From NCBI RefSeq assembly GCF_001194135.2, contig NC_068994.1:39986264-40050263 (forward strand): a DNA stretch of 64,000 nucleotides, in the 5' to 3' direction. Positions 1 to 12,737 of this stretch are shown here, one piece after another. Position 1 is the stretch's first letter; each line of letters begins with the position of its first letter. Below the pieces are notes generated by a model. The model was not told where the DNA came from. It was given only the letters and a program-made list of their open reading frames with translations, and searched no databases. Source of the DNA: Octopus bimaculoides. Its lineage: Eukaryota. The translations under genes and the position numbers were made by a program.

Positions 1-30
1 TATATATATATATATGTAAATATCAATACA

Positions 31-575
31 CAAGGTCTGATCAATGAGTACCGGTCTATTGCCATAGTAACGAAGTTAAAGCATGCAGAGTGAAGCTGCT
101 TGGCACAGATTGACCTTCAACTTTGTTGTGTATTTGCACTAAGTTTAAACATTCTACCTAACTTCTGCTGTTTAGAGCAATGCTTGGAAGGCAGGTGTGT
201 AGTGTATGATTGTCGCATTGACTATAACAGAGAAAGTTTTCATGGTGATACCTGCTTGGAGGTCTACGCAAAGTTGCAGAAAGTGTATGGAGAGGAGTGT
301 AAGAGCCACACACAAGTGTATGAATGGTTCAGACGTTTCCAAGATGGCTGAAAAAATGTCGATATTGACGAACGTTCTGGGAGACCCACAACCAGCAGAA
401 TTGAGAAAAACATTGCAGATGTGCATGCAGCTGTGAAGGGAGATCCTTGAATCACCATCTGTGAGTTATCAGAAGATGTGCAGATTAGTTATGATGCAGT
501 TCAGTCCATTATCATTGAAGATTTGGGTATGAGACATGTGTCTGCCAAGTTTATGCCAAAACTGGTTTCAGCTGA
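31..575 (+). mobile_element. Decayed mariner-type transposon, 5' part (TIR region plus N-terminal HTH of transposase)
   Basis: Translation across an internal stop gives DTCLEVYAKLQKVYGEECKSHTQVYEWFRRFQDG*KNVDIDERSGRP...ITICELSEDVQISYDAVQSIIIEDLGMRHVSAKFMPKL. This matches the mariner HTH, the GRP motif and a WVPxxL-like linker. The start resembles a mariner TIR (CAAGGTCTGATCAA). Confidence 0.85.
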
Positions 576-800
576 CCTAAAAAGACAGAGGAACTCAAGC
601 AGAGAGTCACTACTGCACTGGAGACTCTTAACCAAGACATGCTGAAGCATGTTTGGGAGGAGCTGGACTACCGACTTGAAATGTGCCATGTCTCAGGTGG
701 TGCGCATATTGAACATTGGTGAAATCGTTCATGGAATCCATATACCTTTGAATTTCTCATTCAAATTTGGAGGAATAAATTTTATGTTGTTCAACATTAA
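576..800 (+). mobile_element. C-terminal fragment of a different Tc1/mariner-superfamily transposase (maT/DD37D-like)
   Basis: One frame reads PKKTEELKQRVTTALETLNQDMLKHVWEELDYRLEMCHVSGGAHIEHW*, the typical 'ELK.RI..A....ML..VW.E..YR...C....G.HIEH' terminus. The right boundary is approximate. Confidence 0.65.
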
Positions 801-889
801 GCCTGTTTAGTTTCATTTGCTTTGACTATGTAGTTTCTGTGATATTTACGCCCCAAATGATATCAAACTTTTTGAAACACGCTGTATGC

Positions 890-895
<6 letters not shown>

Positions 896-939
<44 letters not shown>

Positions 940-966
940 TGAGAGAGAGAGAGAGAGAGAGAGAGA
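896..966. repeat. (TA)n followed by (GA)n microsatellite
   Basis: Directly visible dinucleotide runs. Confidence 0.95.
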
Positions 967-1622
967 TGTATATACCTATTTTTATATATATGACAGGTGT
1001 ATTTCAGTTTCTGTCCAATCCACTCACAAGGTTGGCCAACAGTAAAAGGTACTGTCCAAAGATGTCACACAGTGAGACTGAACTCAGAACTAAGTCGTTG
1101 GGAAGAAAACTCCCAACTCCTTTTTTTTGATGTCTTAAGTCAGTAGGCAACAAAAAATCCTTGTTGGTTGGGGGTGGGTTTGTAAGAGGTTGGTAAATGT
1201 CAAGTGGATGCTATGGGAATGCTGGGTGTTGAATGGTGGGAAAGGGGCTGCTAATGTAATTTCGCAGAAATATAGAAATAAAATATTTAAACCAGGTGCA
1301 ATAATTATATTTTAAATATATTAAAAAAAGGAAGTGGGGGAGACCTTGTTGGGATTAGAATATGAATAGAAATATAAAATTGCGTTATCAGTGAGGTAGC
1401 AGCATGATTGATGATGTGCCAAGGTCCAATATAATTTTATTTCGTGTGTATTTGTCTTCTTTTGTGATTTCCATAAATATTTGAGATAGGAAGCATAAGT
1501 CCTTGGAAATATCTAAACATGGAGACAGGACATTTATAAAACATAAGTAGGAGGTATTTTTTAAACTATTTTGTGAAAGGGGAACTGAACTACAAAAGGT
1601 TGAAGACTACTATTGTCTAGAT

Positions 1623-1966
1623 CAGTGTTTCTTGACAATTCTTTTACCTATGAACCATTTTGGCAACCATTTTATTCTAGTGGACCTCACCCCCACTCCC
1701 ATAACCATTTGATATTTTAAAACTAGTTTTATAAATACTTCTTTCAAAATTCCTATTTTGTTATTCACACATTAACTTTTAAAGGTTGAAGTATGTAAAT
1801 TTGAGAGAAAAAAACCTGTTGCTTGCAGTAGACGTTTAAGTCAAAACTTTACATGAACACTTAAAATACTACCGTGGCTCCCTAATTTACTATTTTGCTT
1901 GCATGGACCCCCAAAAGTCTTACATGAACCCCTAGAGGTCATATGGATCCCCGTTAAGAACCACTG
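1623..1966. mobile_element. Non-autonomous hAT-type MITE
   Basis: Ends CAGTGTTTCTTGAC ... GTTAAGAACCACTG form a 14-bp TIR (12/14 match) with hAT-like CAG ends. The flanks GTCTAGAT / GTCTACTT resemble a decayed 8-bp NTCTAGAN target duplication. Confidence 0.7.
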
Positions 1967-2204
1967 GTCTACTTAATCTACCTTTGCAGAATTGTTTTAG
2001 ATAACCTGTCCTTATACAACTGAACAAAAGACAATTGACCACTTCTTGATATCTTTTATCTTTTACTTGTTTCAGTCATTGAATTGTGACCAAGCTGGGG
2101 CACCAACTTGAAGTGTTTAGTTAGACAAATCAACCCCAGTACTTACTTTTAAACCAAGTGTTGGGACTCATAGAAGTGAGGTGTCTGTGTTCCTTTTGAG
2201 CATT

Positions 2205-2485
2205 GGGCCTCATGGAGGCAATGACCAAGACCTTTGGCATTATGTCATGCTTGAGAAGAAGACCCATCAAGCCGAGCAAAATTGCAGTCATGGCAGATAC
2301 CGGTGTCATGCAAGTGGCATGCCTGTCGGTGGCATGTAAAAGCATCTCTTACACCCTTGGAATGGTTGGTGTTATAGAAAACCATGCCAAATCAGACTGG
2401 AGCCTGGCGCAGCCTTCCAGTGTGCCAGCCCAGTCAAACCATCCAACCCATGCCAGCATGGACAACAGAGATTAAATGATGATGT
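2205..2485 (+). mobile_element. RTE non-LTR element 3' end / 3' UTR tail, diverged copy
   Basis: Ends CCAACCCATGCCAGCATGGACAACAGAGATTAAATGATGATG, the same tail as the copies at 25748 and 44594. The latter family is linked to an RTE ORF end at 26102-26290. Confidence 0.7.
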
Positions 2486-3330
2486 ACTTATTTTATTGGT
2501 CCCTTTGATAAAGCAATAACTTATTGCTTTAAAATTTTGGCACAAGGCCAGCAAGTTCAGGGAAGGAGTGAATCAATTAAAATGACCCCCAGTGCTTAAC
2601 TTGATATTTATTTTATTGACCCTCAAAAGGATGAAAAGCATAGTTGGCCTCAGTGGAATTTGAACTCAGAGCATAAAGAGAGACAAAATGTTGCTAGACA
2701 TTTTGCCTGGCATGCTAATGATTCTGCCAGTTCACAGACTCACCAATAAATTATTGAATAAAAAGAAGCTTTGTTTTAGAAATATTTGTTTCTAGAGAGC
2801 CAAAATATAGTGGAACTAATTAAATTTCTAATAACACACTGATTAAAACAAATTAACCTTTGGGATGTGAGCTTGTATAATGTTATTAAACTTGCTAGAA
2901 ATAAGAACTAAATTTCTCTTCCATCTGAAAGTACAGTTTGAGATATAACAGAAGAGGTGGTTAAAGCTAGAACACACTCAATCACAGGTATATTTGATCT
3001 GAGGCTAAACAACAACAGCTAGATTTTTACTTGTTTTAGTCATTGGATTGCAGCCATTAAAGCACCACTTTGAAGGTCTTTTAGTTGAACAAATTGACCC
3101 ATTACTTATTTTCTTTATAAGTTCACTACTTACTCCATTGGTCTCACTTTGCTGAATCTCTAAGTTACAGAAACATAAAGAAACCAGTACCATTTGTCCA
3201 ATGGTGGTGATGTAACTATCACAAACACACACACACACACACATGCATACAATGGACTTCTACACAGTTTCTTATTTCTTTATTGCCCACAACGGGCTAA
3301 ACATAGAGAGGACAAACAAAGACAGACAAA

Positions 3331-3503
3331 GGTATTAAGTCGATTACATCGATCCCAGTGCATAACTGGTACTTAATTTATCGACCCCGAAAGGATGAAA
3401 GGCAAAGTCAACCTCGACAGAATTTGAACTCAGAACGTAACAGCAGACGAAATACTGCTAAGCATTTCGCCCAGCATGCTAACGGTTCTGCCAGCTCACT
3501 GCC
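3331..3503 (-). mobile_element. tRNA-derived SINE (family 'B' in this window)
   Basis: The minus strand begins GGCAGTGAGCTGGCAGAACCG (A-box-like) ... GAGTTCAAATTC (B-box-like). Related copies lie near 2570, 13900, 16378, 25333, 37830 and 44968. Confidence 0.8.
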
Positions 3504-4101
3504 TTCTACACAGTTTCTGTTGACCAAATTCACTCGCAAGGCATTGGTCATCTCACAGCTATAATAGAAGATACTTGCCCAAAGTGCTGCACAATGGGAC
3601 TGAATCCCAAACTACAAGGTTACAAAACAAGCTTCTTAACCATACAACCACATCTGTATATATGAATTAGTTTTTAAAATTCTATCATAGTTCACTGCAA
3701 TTCCTATCTCTTAGCAGGAAACACAAAAAAAATTCTGTTACTGGTCTGTCAGACATTAATAGGCCAGCCTATCTATTGGTAGATGAGGAGCTGCAAAGTT
3801 GTTCAGTTATTCTCTTGTGATATGACAACATAGAGCAATAATGTTAGCTTATCCAGTAAAAAAATTATTGGTAATATTTTTGTTGTTAGAATTGGTAAAA
3901 TCCATTTGGTGTAATTGGTAGCAGTGTCGTTCATCAAATGGTATTCTTTTATTGTTTTATTAGTTTCAGTCTTTGAACCATTATCTATGCTGGAGCATCA
4001 GCATTTTGAAGTTGATCATATCAAACCTTATAATATCAATCACAATTTATTGAAAATGTAAGTTACCTTTTGACATAAAGGGATGCAAGTCATGTATGCA
4101 T

Positions 4102-4203
<102 letters not shown>

Positions 4204-5319
4204 ACACACACACACACGGACACTCACACACACACATGGACACACAGGCACACACACGAACACACACATGGACACAGACAGCAACACAGATACACAGACA
4301 CTCACACATGCATGCACACATATGCACACGCACAGATACACACACACATTAGTCTCTCTTGAGCCTACAGGCTGGCTTGTTAGGCAACATGCTATCCTGG
4401 TATCCATGGCATTTAAGTGGCTGAGAGTACAAAACTCTCTATTGAACAGAATGCCAGTTTGTCACAGGGTTAATACTCCAAGCTGTTGCTGAAATGGATT
4501 TTCAGCTAAGTTTACTTAAGTAACATGAAATGAAGTGTCCTACTCAAGGAGTCAACACAGTGCCTAGTGAATGTGAGACGAACATATAAATGCTAAGCCA
4601 CACACTTTCACATATGTACATACATACATACATACACTTGGACAAACACACAAGCACACACAGCAGCTATATTAGACTATGTCTTTAATTATCTGCAGTG
4701 AACTTTTCTTTTTTTTAATAGCCAGAAAACTAACAGTGCAGGCATCACTAAACCAGGTCTACCACTAGTTACAATGGTTTAGCTCTAAACTCAAAATATC
4801 AATTAATTTATTGAAGTTATGCAGTAACCATGACTACTCTGCTTTCTGTTTTACTCCAAAATGAGCAGCATTCAATTACTTGTGTTTTTTTTATATAAAT
4901 TTAATATGTGTTATATAACGATCTAATTTTTCAGTATTGTTCCCTTGTTTTAGAGCAGACTCAGTCCATTTGTGTACCTTATTCGTTATGTACTTACAAA
5001 AGCATTTTCCAACTGAGAGATTAATTGCATAATGCACTACTTCAATTCTTGGTCTATGAAAATTTATAGTTTTTTTATAGTGTCTTCGAATGAAACAAAA
5101 AGTTCCCATACTGAGCTGATGAAAGCTCTTGATGGATTTCAAAGCCCAATACATTTCATCCTGTGGAAAGCAGATCACTAAATACTACTTTGATTTGTAA
5201 GAAAGAAAAGTAAAGCAGTCATGATGAATGTAATAACAATGAATACAAATATCTGAAGGGAAATTTCGAATTAGGGATATTCTTCTTAATACAGGGCCTG
5301 GCAATGCATACACAATTAA

Positions 5320-6348
5320 TTTTACTGTCAGCAATAGAACATTACATTAGACACAGGGCATGAATGTTATGGAGAGATTCATTGCCCAAATAATTAAGAA
5401 CAGAATTAGACCAGATGAGATGTAGTTTGGCTTTTGTATCAGGGAGAATCTCCATCAATGCCATCTCTTTAGTCAAACAACTGAAGGCAAAGTATTCAGC
5501 TCAGACTAAGCAATTGTACTCAGCATTCATTGACATGGAGAAATCTTTCAGCAGAGTCCCTTACTTCATGATCTGGTAGTCTCTAAGGAAGTAGGAGTTG
5601 ATGAATAGCTCATGAAAGCTGAACAAGCCATGTACAGGAATGCTAGGTAGGGGTTCTATTGAACCTGGTTCTCAGTTCCCCCCTATCCCTGATTGTACCC
5701 CAGGCTAAAACAGAGGAATTTAAGACCAACTTCTGGGAGCTGCTATATGCTGATTATCTCATTTTCACTGTGGAATCTATAATAGAATTAGAATTAGAAA
5801 AGGAATTCTAGATTTGGAAGCAAAACCTGAAATCAAAGGATATAAAAGTTAGCTTACTGAAGACCAAAGTTTTAATAAGCAGGAAAACTGATAAGACTCT
5901 ACACTCTTCTGATAAATGATCCTGCTAGATATACAGGAAATGTGTAGGCAGGAATTCCATTTAGTGTATAAAGTGCAAGCTGTGAACACAAAAGAAGTGC
6001 AGTGGAACCACAGGAAGGTTAATAGAGAAAGTAGAGTTTACATGTGAAAGATGTGCAGGTGTAGCAAACACCAAGGACGCACAGTAAATAAATTTTCTCT
6101 AACGCCCTGGAGGCTCCCCTGAGGTAGTAAACATTTTCTGTTACCTCTGAGACCTAATTAGACCTAATAGCAGAAAGTGTTCTGAGAGTATAGTTACTAG
6201 AATAAGAAAAGGATGGAGAAAGTTCAATGGGTTATTTACTTCCGTTGCTAACCAAAGTCTCTCTCTCAGAGTGGAAGGCAGAGTGTATGAGGCCTGTGTA
6301 CAAACAGCAATGTTACATGGTGGTGACACTTGGGCTCTGAATGCAGAG
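5320..6348 (+). mobile_element. Decayed RTE-clade LINE, reverse transcriptase region with internal deletions
   Basis: Interrupted frames read DEM*FGF..GRISINAISLVKQLKAKYSAQTKQLYSAFIDMEKSFSRVP (RT 'AFVDLEKAFDRVP' motif), FWELLYADYL (YADD mutated to YADY, about 5731-5760), a Cys-rich CERC segment and ACVQTAMLHGGDTWAL. There are many stops and frameshifts. Confidence 0.85.
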
Positions 6349-6644
6349 TGTCTTATATTATGCCTTTGTTTTTATGTTTGTCTCTCACCACCAAACAGCT
6401 GATGTTGGTTTCTTTTTGTATCTTCCTGTAACTGACTGCTTCAGGTAAAAGTGACTGATGCAATAAGTACTAAACTTAAAATAAGTACTGCAGTTAATTT
6501 TGATAGATTACAACACTTGTACCAGTGCTCCAGCAAGGCCACAACCCATTGCCTGGAACTGGTAAAAGAAATGATAATAGTGAGGCAGACCCATCCAACA
6601 CATACCAGCATTGGAAAAGAGAGATGAAATTACTATGTATCCTT

Positions 6645-6878
6645 ATGATGGTAATGGGGATGATGGTGGTGGTGTTTGTGGTGGTTTTGATGGCTGTGGT
6701 TCTGGTGGTGCAGTGGTGATGATGATGATGATGATGATGATGGGGATGATGGTGGTGGTTGTGATGGTGATGAGGATGACAACAAAGATGACAATGGCAG
6801 TGGTGGTGGCAGCAGTTGTGGAAGATGATGATGATGATGATAGTAGTGATGGTGGTGGTGGTGGTGGTGGTAGTGCAT
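6645..6878. repeat. (GAT)n/(GGT)n trinucleotide low-complexity tract
   Basis: Directly visible; it produces the His/Ser/Pro/Met-rich pseudo-ORFs. Confidence 0.9.
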
Positions 6879-7496
6879 AATATGGAAAATAGTTATAATG
6901 AGACTGACGATTGCACATTTATGTTAGATCTAAAGAGTAGAAAAGCTGGACAGAGGAAGAACGCAAGGGAAGGTATGGATTGAAAGAAAAATTGCATAAG
7001 ACAAGCAGGGTATGGTTACAGCTTAACCCTAGGTTTACACGTAATTGAACAGATCTATTTTGGGAGCAGTTTTGCTCGGAGATATGTGGGCAAGTCTGGA
7101 ACAATAGCGTCCCTAGTAATAGCAGTAAAAATTAAAAAAATGAAACAGAAAATAGAAATGGTAACACCTTGTTAGCAAAATGTGACAATATATCTGGGGT
7201 TGAGAAAAAAAATATTGTTTCTGTAAATATCAAAGTTATTTTAGCTGATGTATCTCACTTGAGCTTTGATTATATATATATGGATGTGACATCAGAAATC
7301 ATCCAAAAACAAATATTGTCTTTGATCTTGAAATGACTATAAAGTTAGCATGAATATACTCCTGAAACAAAAAGATTTCAAATATTGCTTTGATAGAAAT
7401 ATGAAAACAAAAAGGTTACTTGTAGCTTCACAAGTTGACCATAAAGAAAAATATAGTCACAAGAAATAATATATATTCTGTATTATTGACTTTTCT

Positions 7497-7793
7497 AGTT
7501 GTGTGTGTGTGTGTGTGTGTGCGCGCACAAGTGTGTGCACATGTATGTGAGTGAGTGAGTGTATGTATGTATGTGTGAGTGTATGTATGTGTGTGCGCAT
7601 GTATGTGTGAATATGTATGTATACATGTATGTATGCATTATGCATTACATATATATGCGTGTATGTATATATGGATATATGCATGTATGTAGCATGTATG
7701 TGTATGTGTATGCATGTATGTATGTGTATGTATATATATGTGTGTGCATGTGTATATATATATATATATATATATGTATATAGATGTGTGTGC

Positions 7794-7824
<31 letters not shown>

Positions 7825-7846
7825 CTTGCATGTATGTATATATGTA
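7497..7846. repeat. Compound (GT)/(ATGT)/(TA) microsatellite
   Basis: Directly visible. Confidence 0.9.
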
Positions 7847-9384
7847 TTAAAAACAGTTAGGAATAGGACCCTAATCTTTTTTTCTTTTGCTGCTTTCAGA
7901 CAAACTGCAATTATGCTAGGGTGTGGTCTTGTAAACGCTTATAGCTAATGAGTTTGACGTCAATACTTATTTCAGTCTGATACTTATATAATCGATATCT
8001 ATATATCAAATGGCAAGGCTATATAGTGGATTAAGGAATAAAAGGATGTTGCCTGCTTCAGTGAATGCAAGCACACATACACACACAAATTTTTATCAGT
8101 TTGGATTTCAGAGTTCTTTACCTTGTTTTGACAAGAATTATCAGTGATGCTGATTTTTTTTCATTGTAAATGTAATCTTAACTGGCACTTATTTTCCTTT
8201 TTTCCTTTTAAATATTTTCTCAATGGATCAAGTATATTAGCCTTTCTTTATAGTTTCCAGCTATCAAGTCCCACTCATAAAGTATTGGTAAACTCAAAGA
8301 TACAATGAAACACTCTTGCATAACATGCCATACAATGGGACTGGACCCTGAAGCATGTAGTTGTAAAGCAAACTTGGAGGAAAAATATAAATAAATTGAT
8401 CAAATTATTTCAACAAGTGTTTGCTAAGCAATTTTTTTTTATCAATTAATTGATGTGGATAGTCATAAAACAACAATAATAACTAAACAATGAAGTTATT
8501 GATCATGTCCAAAAGCAGCATCATTTTATCACCCAAAAGAATCTTACTTTTCCTTACAGACCAGACTAAATAAATAAATAGGAAAGAAAAATCAAGATAA
8601 AATTCTAATATACATTTTAATAAGTTCTATAGATATTTCTGAACAAGCAGTCTGTGTTTATATTTATGATATAAAAAATGATTTCTGACAAAATTAGGAG
8701 GAGGAGCATAGACAATTACATTGATATCTGCACATTATTTTTAACCAATTAGTCAGGAAGGGAAGAATGACTCTCACATCCATTCTATTTTTCCCTGGCT
8801 CCCATGACAAGTGAAAGGAAGGAAGTAAGTTATCTGTAAGCCAGAGGCTTGACCCAAATGCTAACAACAGAAAGAACACTGTTAAAGGCACCCCACCCAA
8901 GGGCCAGGATGGATTGGTGTTAAGCTCAAAAACTCAGCACTCAAAGTGCCAGAATGAATAACATAAGGTATATGGTCTGATGCACTAACACTTCCGCTAA
9001 TCCAGTACCCAAGATTGCTTCTTTATTTTATCAGCCACTACTGTTTTGTTCTGACCCCATCTCATACTTTTATCCCTCTTTTGCCCCTCATCTCCTAGCA
9101 TAAAGTCACATCTCTCAGAGTTCTTGCAAATTTGCTGACAGCCTCACTTGTGATGGTATTATGAAAACAGAAAAAAAAGCAATCAGTACACAGTGTAAAG
9201 TGGTTGGGCTCAGTCATAGAACCTATGTTGAGGCAGATATTGGATCATGAGGCAGTCCCTGGATCTATCAGATCCTGTCAAACTTCATCTCAGCCTTGAT
9301 GGATTATGATTAGTCGTTGTTGGAACGCCTTTTGATCATGGGTGTAGGCAATCAAGATAAACTTAGAACTAAACATCAACTCCA

Positions 9385-9595
9385 AAAAGGATGCATTAAG
9401 GGGCTGCTTGACCTGCAAGAAAGAGCATCCAAATTTCCTTCAAATCACTCATTACTATCATAGATAAGAAAAAATACACTAAATAATGTACTCCCAGATA
9501 TCCCTTAAAACACAGGCTGGTTGCAGCTAGAATGACCTTAATCATAGGTCTATGCAATAAAGAGTGGCCTAGGGTTAAACAAAAACAACAACAAC
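9385..9595 (+). repeat. Dispersed repeat of about 200-250 bp with an (AAC)n tail (family 'D'), probably a retroposon 3' part
   Basis: The motif chain CTGCT/AAGAAA..AGC..CCAAAT..CCCTCAAATCAC...CAGCTAGAATG...GATCATAGGTCT...GGGT/CTAAACAAC recurs at about 19335 (+), 21290 (+), 20150 (-), 24780 (-) and 37000 (-). Confidence 0.6.
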
Positions 9596-10212
9596 CTCAG
9601 ATTACACACTTTAGTTGAGAAATATAAAAAAGACACATTAAAAAATGTAGTCCAAGAAACACTATGCCTAGGGGATGGTCACAACCAGACTGTATTTGAT
9701 CATAAGTTCACTCTGTATGCTTTAGCTTCGTTACCATGGCAACAGTCCTGATACTTATTGATCACACCTCATATACGGCATGTTCGTATGTTTCTATCTA
9801 CCAAGTTCACCCACAAGGTATAGCTCAAGGTACCACATAGTAGGACTGAACCCAAAACCACATAGTTGCAAGGCGAGCTACTTAACCGCATTCATTATTG
9901 TTTGATTCCCTAATGTTAATTTTAAGGATGATAATGTTATATTAACATAAGAATGAATATGTTATGTTGCAATTTGTGTTCTATGCAAGGATAGTTCACT
10001 CTTATCATAAGGGTTAGGGAAATTGAGAAAAAAGGAAAGGTGGATAATGGGAAAGGTGGAGAGAGAGAAAGGTGGGGACAGAGAATAAAGAATAAGACAC
10101 ATTATTCTAACTTTATTGAACATCATATCTCACGTGTAATAATTGCTTTTATAATTGGTACATTAATATTTCACAGGTGAAGAAAGTTTTAATGGTAGGA
10201 TCAAGTACATAC

Positions 10213-10244
<32 letters not shown>

Positions 10245-10292
10245 GTATGTATGCATGCATGTATGTATACATGTTTGTATGTATGCCTATAT

Positions 10293-10326
<34 letters not shown>

Positions 10327-11335
10327 AGTATGTATGTATATGTGTGTGTATATATATATTTATATATGCATGCACACATGCACACATATACAGAGTAAAG
10401 ATGAAAGTACAATGAGAAATGTTAAGTATATTAACAAAATAAAAAAATATAGAACATATAATATTAATAGACAAGGGAAATATATCATTAAATAAGATGA
10501 AACTATTGTTATACTATTGCTGAATTATCTTCTCTTTGCTGCTTTTATGCAAGTATTAACATTAACAGTGTCAGCTGGTTGAACAATTTACAATTTACAG
10601 CCTATTCACTGCTCATTGATGTGTCCCTGGCAAAGACACTTAACTGTTTTGTGCACTGAATTTGCTTAGCTTGTAAATTGATAGGAGAGATTATAAGGAT
10701 GGATAGGTTTAATTCCTAGTGTATCAGATAAAATGCTTTTCGAGGTATTTTGTTTTAGCACATTATGTTCTGCGATCAAATCTCACTGATGCAGGACTTG
10801 CCTTTCATCTGTCTGGGGTTGATCGATAAAATAACATTCCAGCCAAGGCCATGAATAAATAAATAAATAAACAAATAAATAAATAAACAAATAAATAAAT
10901 ACATAAATTGAACAAAAATGTCTCTCTTGAGCTTACAGGAACTTGAGTGAGTCAAAGTTTACCTGACGTGTTTTGGTGATTGAAAGTACAAAACTTGTCA
11001 CCTCCCCTTCAGTGGGATGTTACTCCATTGTCAGGTGAACTCCACCAGCTCCTGCTGGCTCTGACTGTCAGCTGTGCAGCTTAGATCAAAACAAAATGAA
11101 GTGCCTTGCTCAAGGACACCCACGTTAAGAATCACAGCCCGTCAACAAACAATCATAAACCTAATACTGTAACTACTGGGTAATGCATCTTCCCATCAGT
11201 TCAGTATTAAGGTGGATTTAATATTTCTGTAGCGCTTCCTAGTTGTGATTAGAAGAAGAAGCCAAACATGTATGTATCTGTGTGAATGTATGCATTTGTT
11301 ATATACATGCACATACATACATGCATACATACATG

Positions 11336-11392
<57 letters not shown>

Positions 11393-11394
<2 letters not shown>

Positions 11395-12331
11395 TAAATA
11401 ATGCAGTTTTTTCAATTGCCTGGACTAAAAATCAAAGGAGGATGGGATAATCTACCTGCATCAGCTTGCTATAAAAGCAGGTAGTAATTTTACCTTGTCC
11501 TTATTCATAGTGCAAGTTTTGAAGAGTACAGTTCGATTTTAACAGTTATTATTTCAATGATTTTGGCATATTTTGTTTCATGAGTGCAATAAAAGCAACA
11601 AAGCAATGGAAAGGGTGAGAAATATTAATGCAGTATATGGGGTTCATACAATAAGTGTAAGCCAGTGTCAGCGATGGTTCCAGAAATTCCAAGCTGGAAA
11701 CTACAGCCTAGAAGATAAGCCTCATCCTGTAAAATCTGTAGAGCTCAATGAGGAAGTCCTGCAAAACCTGGTGGAACAAAATCCCATCATAATTGTTAAA
11801 GAACTAGCAGAGAGCTTGGATTTGGTCATGCAAACATTTATCAGCACCTGCATGCCATCAGAAAAGTCAGCAAATTGGGTCAAAGGTTCCTCACAAACTT
11901 CCCGAGTCTAAGCGCATGCAGAGATTGAAGGTGTGCTCTTCTTTGCTGCCACATCTCATGAATGAACCGTTTTTTGGACCAAATAGTGACTGATGATAAG
12001 AAATGGGTTCTCTATAAAAATGTCAAGCACTGAAGACAGTGGGTAAGGAAAGAAGAAACATTAGTATCCCATTGCCACATCTGATTATCAGTTATTCTTT
12101 AGTCTTCAAATTTATTTGGATGGAAAAAACATGAATCCTGTAGATGCAGTCAGAACAGTAGTGGAGGAGTATTTTTCATCATGGACAAGTGAATTGTAAG
12201 TCTACCAGATAGATGGAAGAGCATTGTAGAAAATGAAAGAGAGTATATTTTAGATTAAAAAACAGCTTTGTTTATCTTAATTTTGAAAAATAAAAGAACT
12301 ATAAAAAACTGCATTATTTATGGGATGACCC
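11393..12331 (+). mobile_element. Internally deleted, inactive mariner element (SETMAR/Mos1-like DD34D type)
   Basis: TIR match ATAAATAATGCAGTTTTT (11394) to AAAAACTGCATTATTTAT (about 12305). ORF 11573 encodes an HTH (INAVYG..TISVSQCQRWFQKFQAGNYSLEDKPH). Downstream remnants are WVPHKL-like, IVTDDKKWVLYKN (first catalytic D region) and IATSDYQLF (from LAPSDYHLF). Confidence 0.9.
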
Positions 12332-12704
12332 NNNNNNNNNNNNNNNNNNNNNNNNNNNNNNNNNNNNNNNNNNNNNNNNNNNNNNNNNNNNNNNNNNNNN
12401 NNNNNNNNNNNNNNNNNNNNNNNNNNNNNNNNNNNNNNNNNNNNNNNNNNNNNNNNNNNNNNNNNNNNNNNNNNNNNNNNNNNNNNNNNNNNNNNNNNNN
12501 NNNNNNNNNNNNNNNNNNNNNNNNNNNNNNNNNNNNNNNNNNNNNNNNNNNNNNNNNNNNNNNNNNNNNNNNNNNNNNNNNNNNNNNNNNNNNNNNNNNN
12601 NNNNNNNNNNNNNNNNNNNNNNNNNNNNNNNNNNNNNNNNNNNNNNNNNNNNNNNNNNNNNNNNNNNNNNNNNNNNNNNNNNNNNNNNNNNNNNNNNNNN
12701 NNNN

Positions 12705-12737
<33 letters not shown>

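Noticed and set aside
6525-6918. His-, Ser/Pro- and Met/Val-rich ORFs
   Set aside because: They arise from a (GAT)/(GGT) tract that is open in several frames on both strands, with no splice or domain support.
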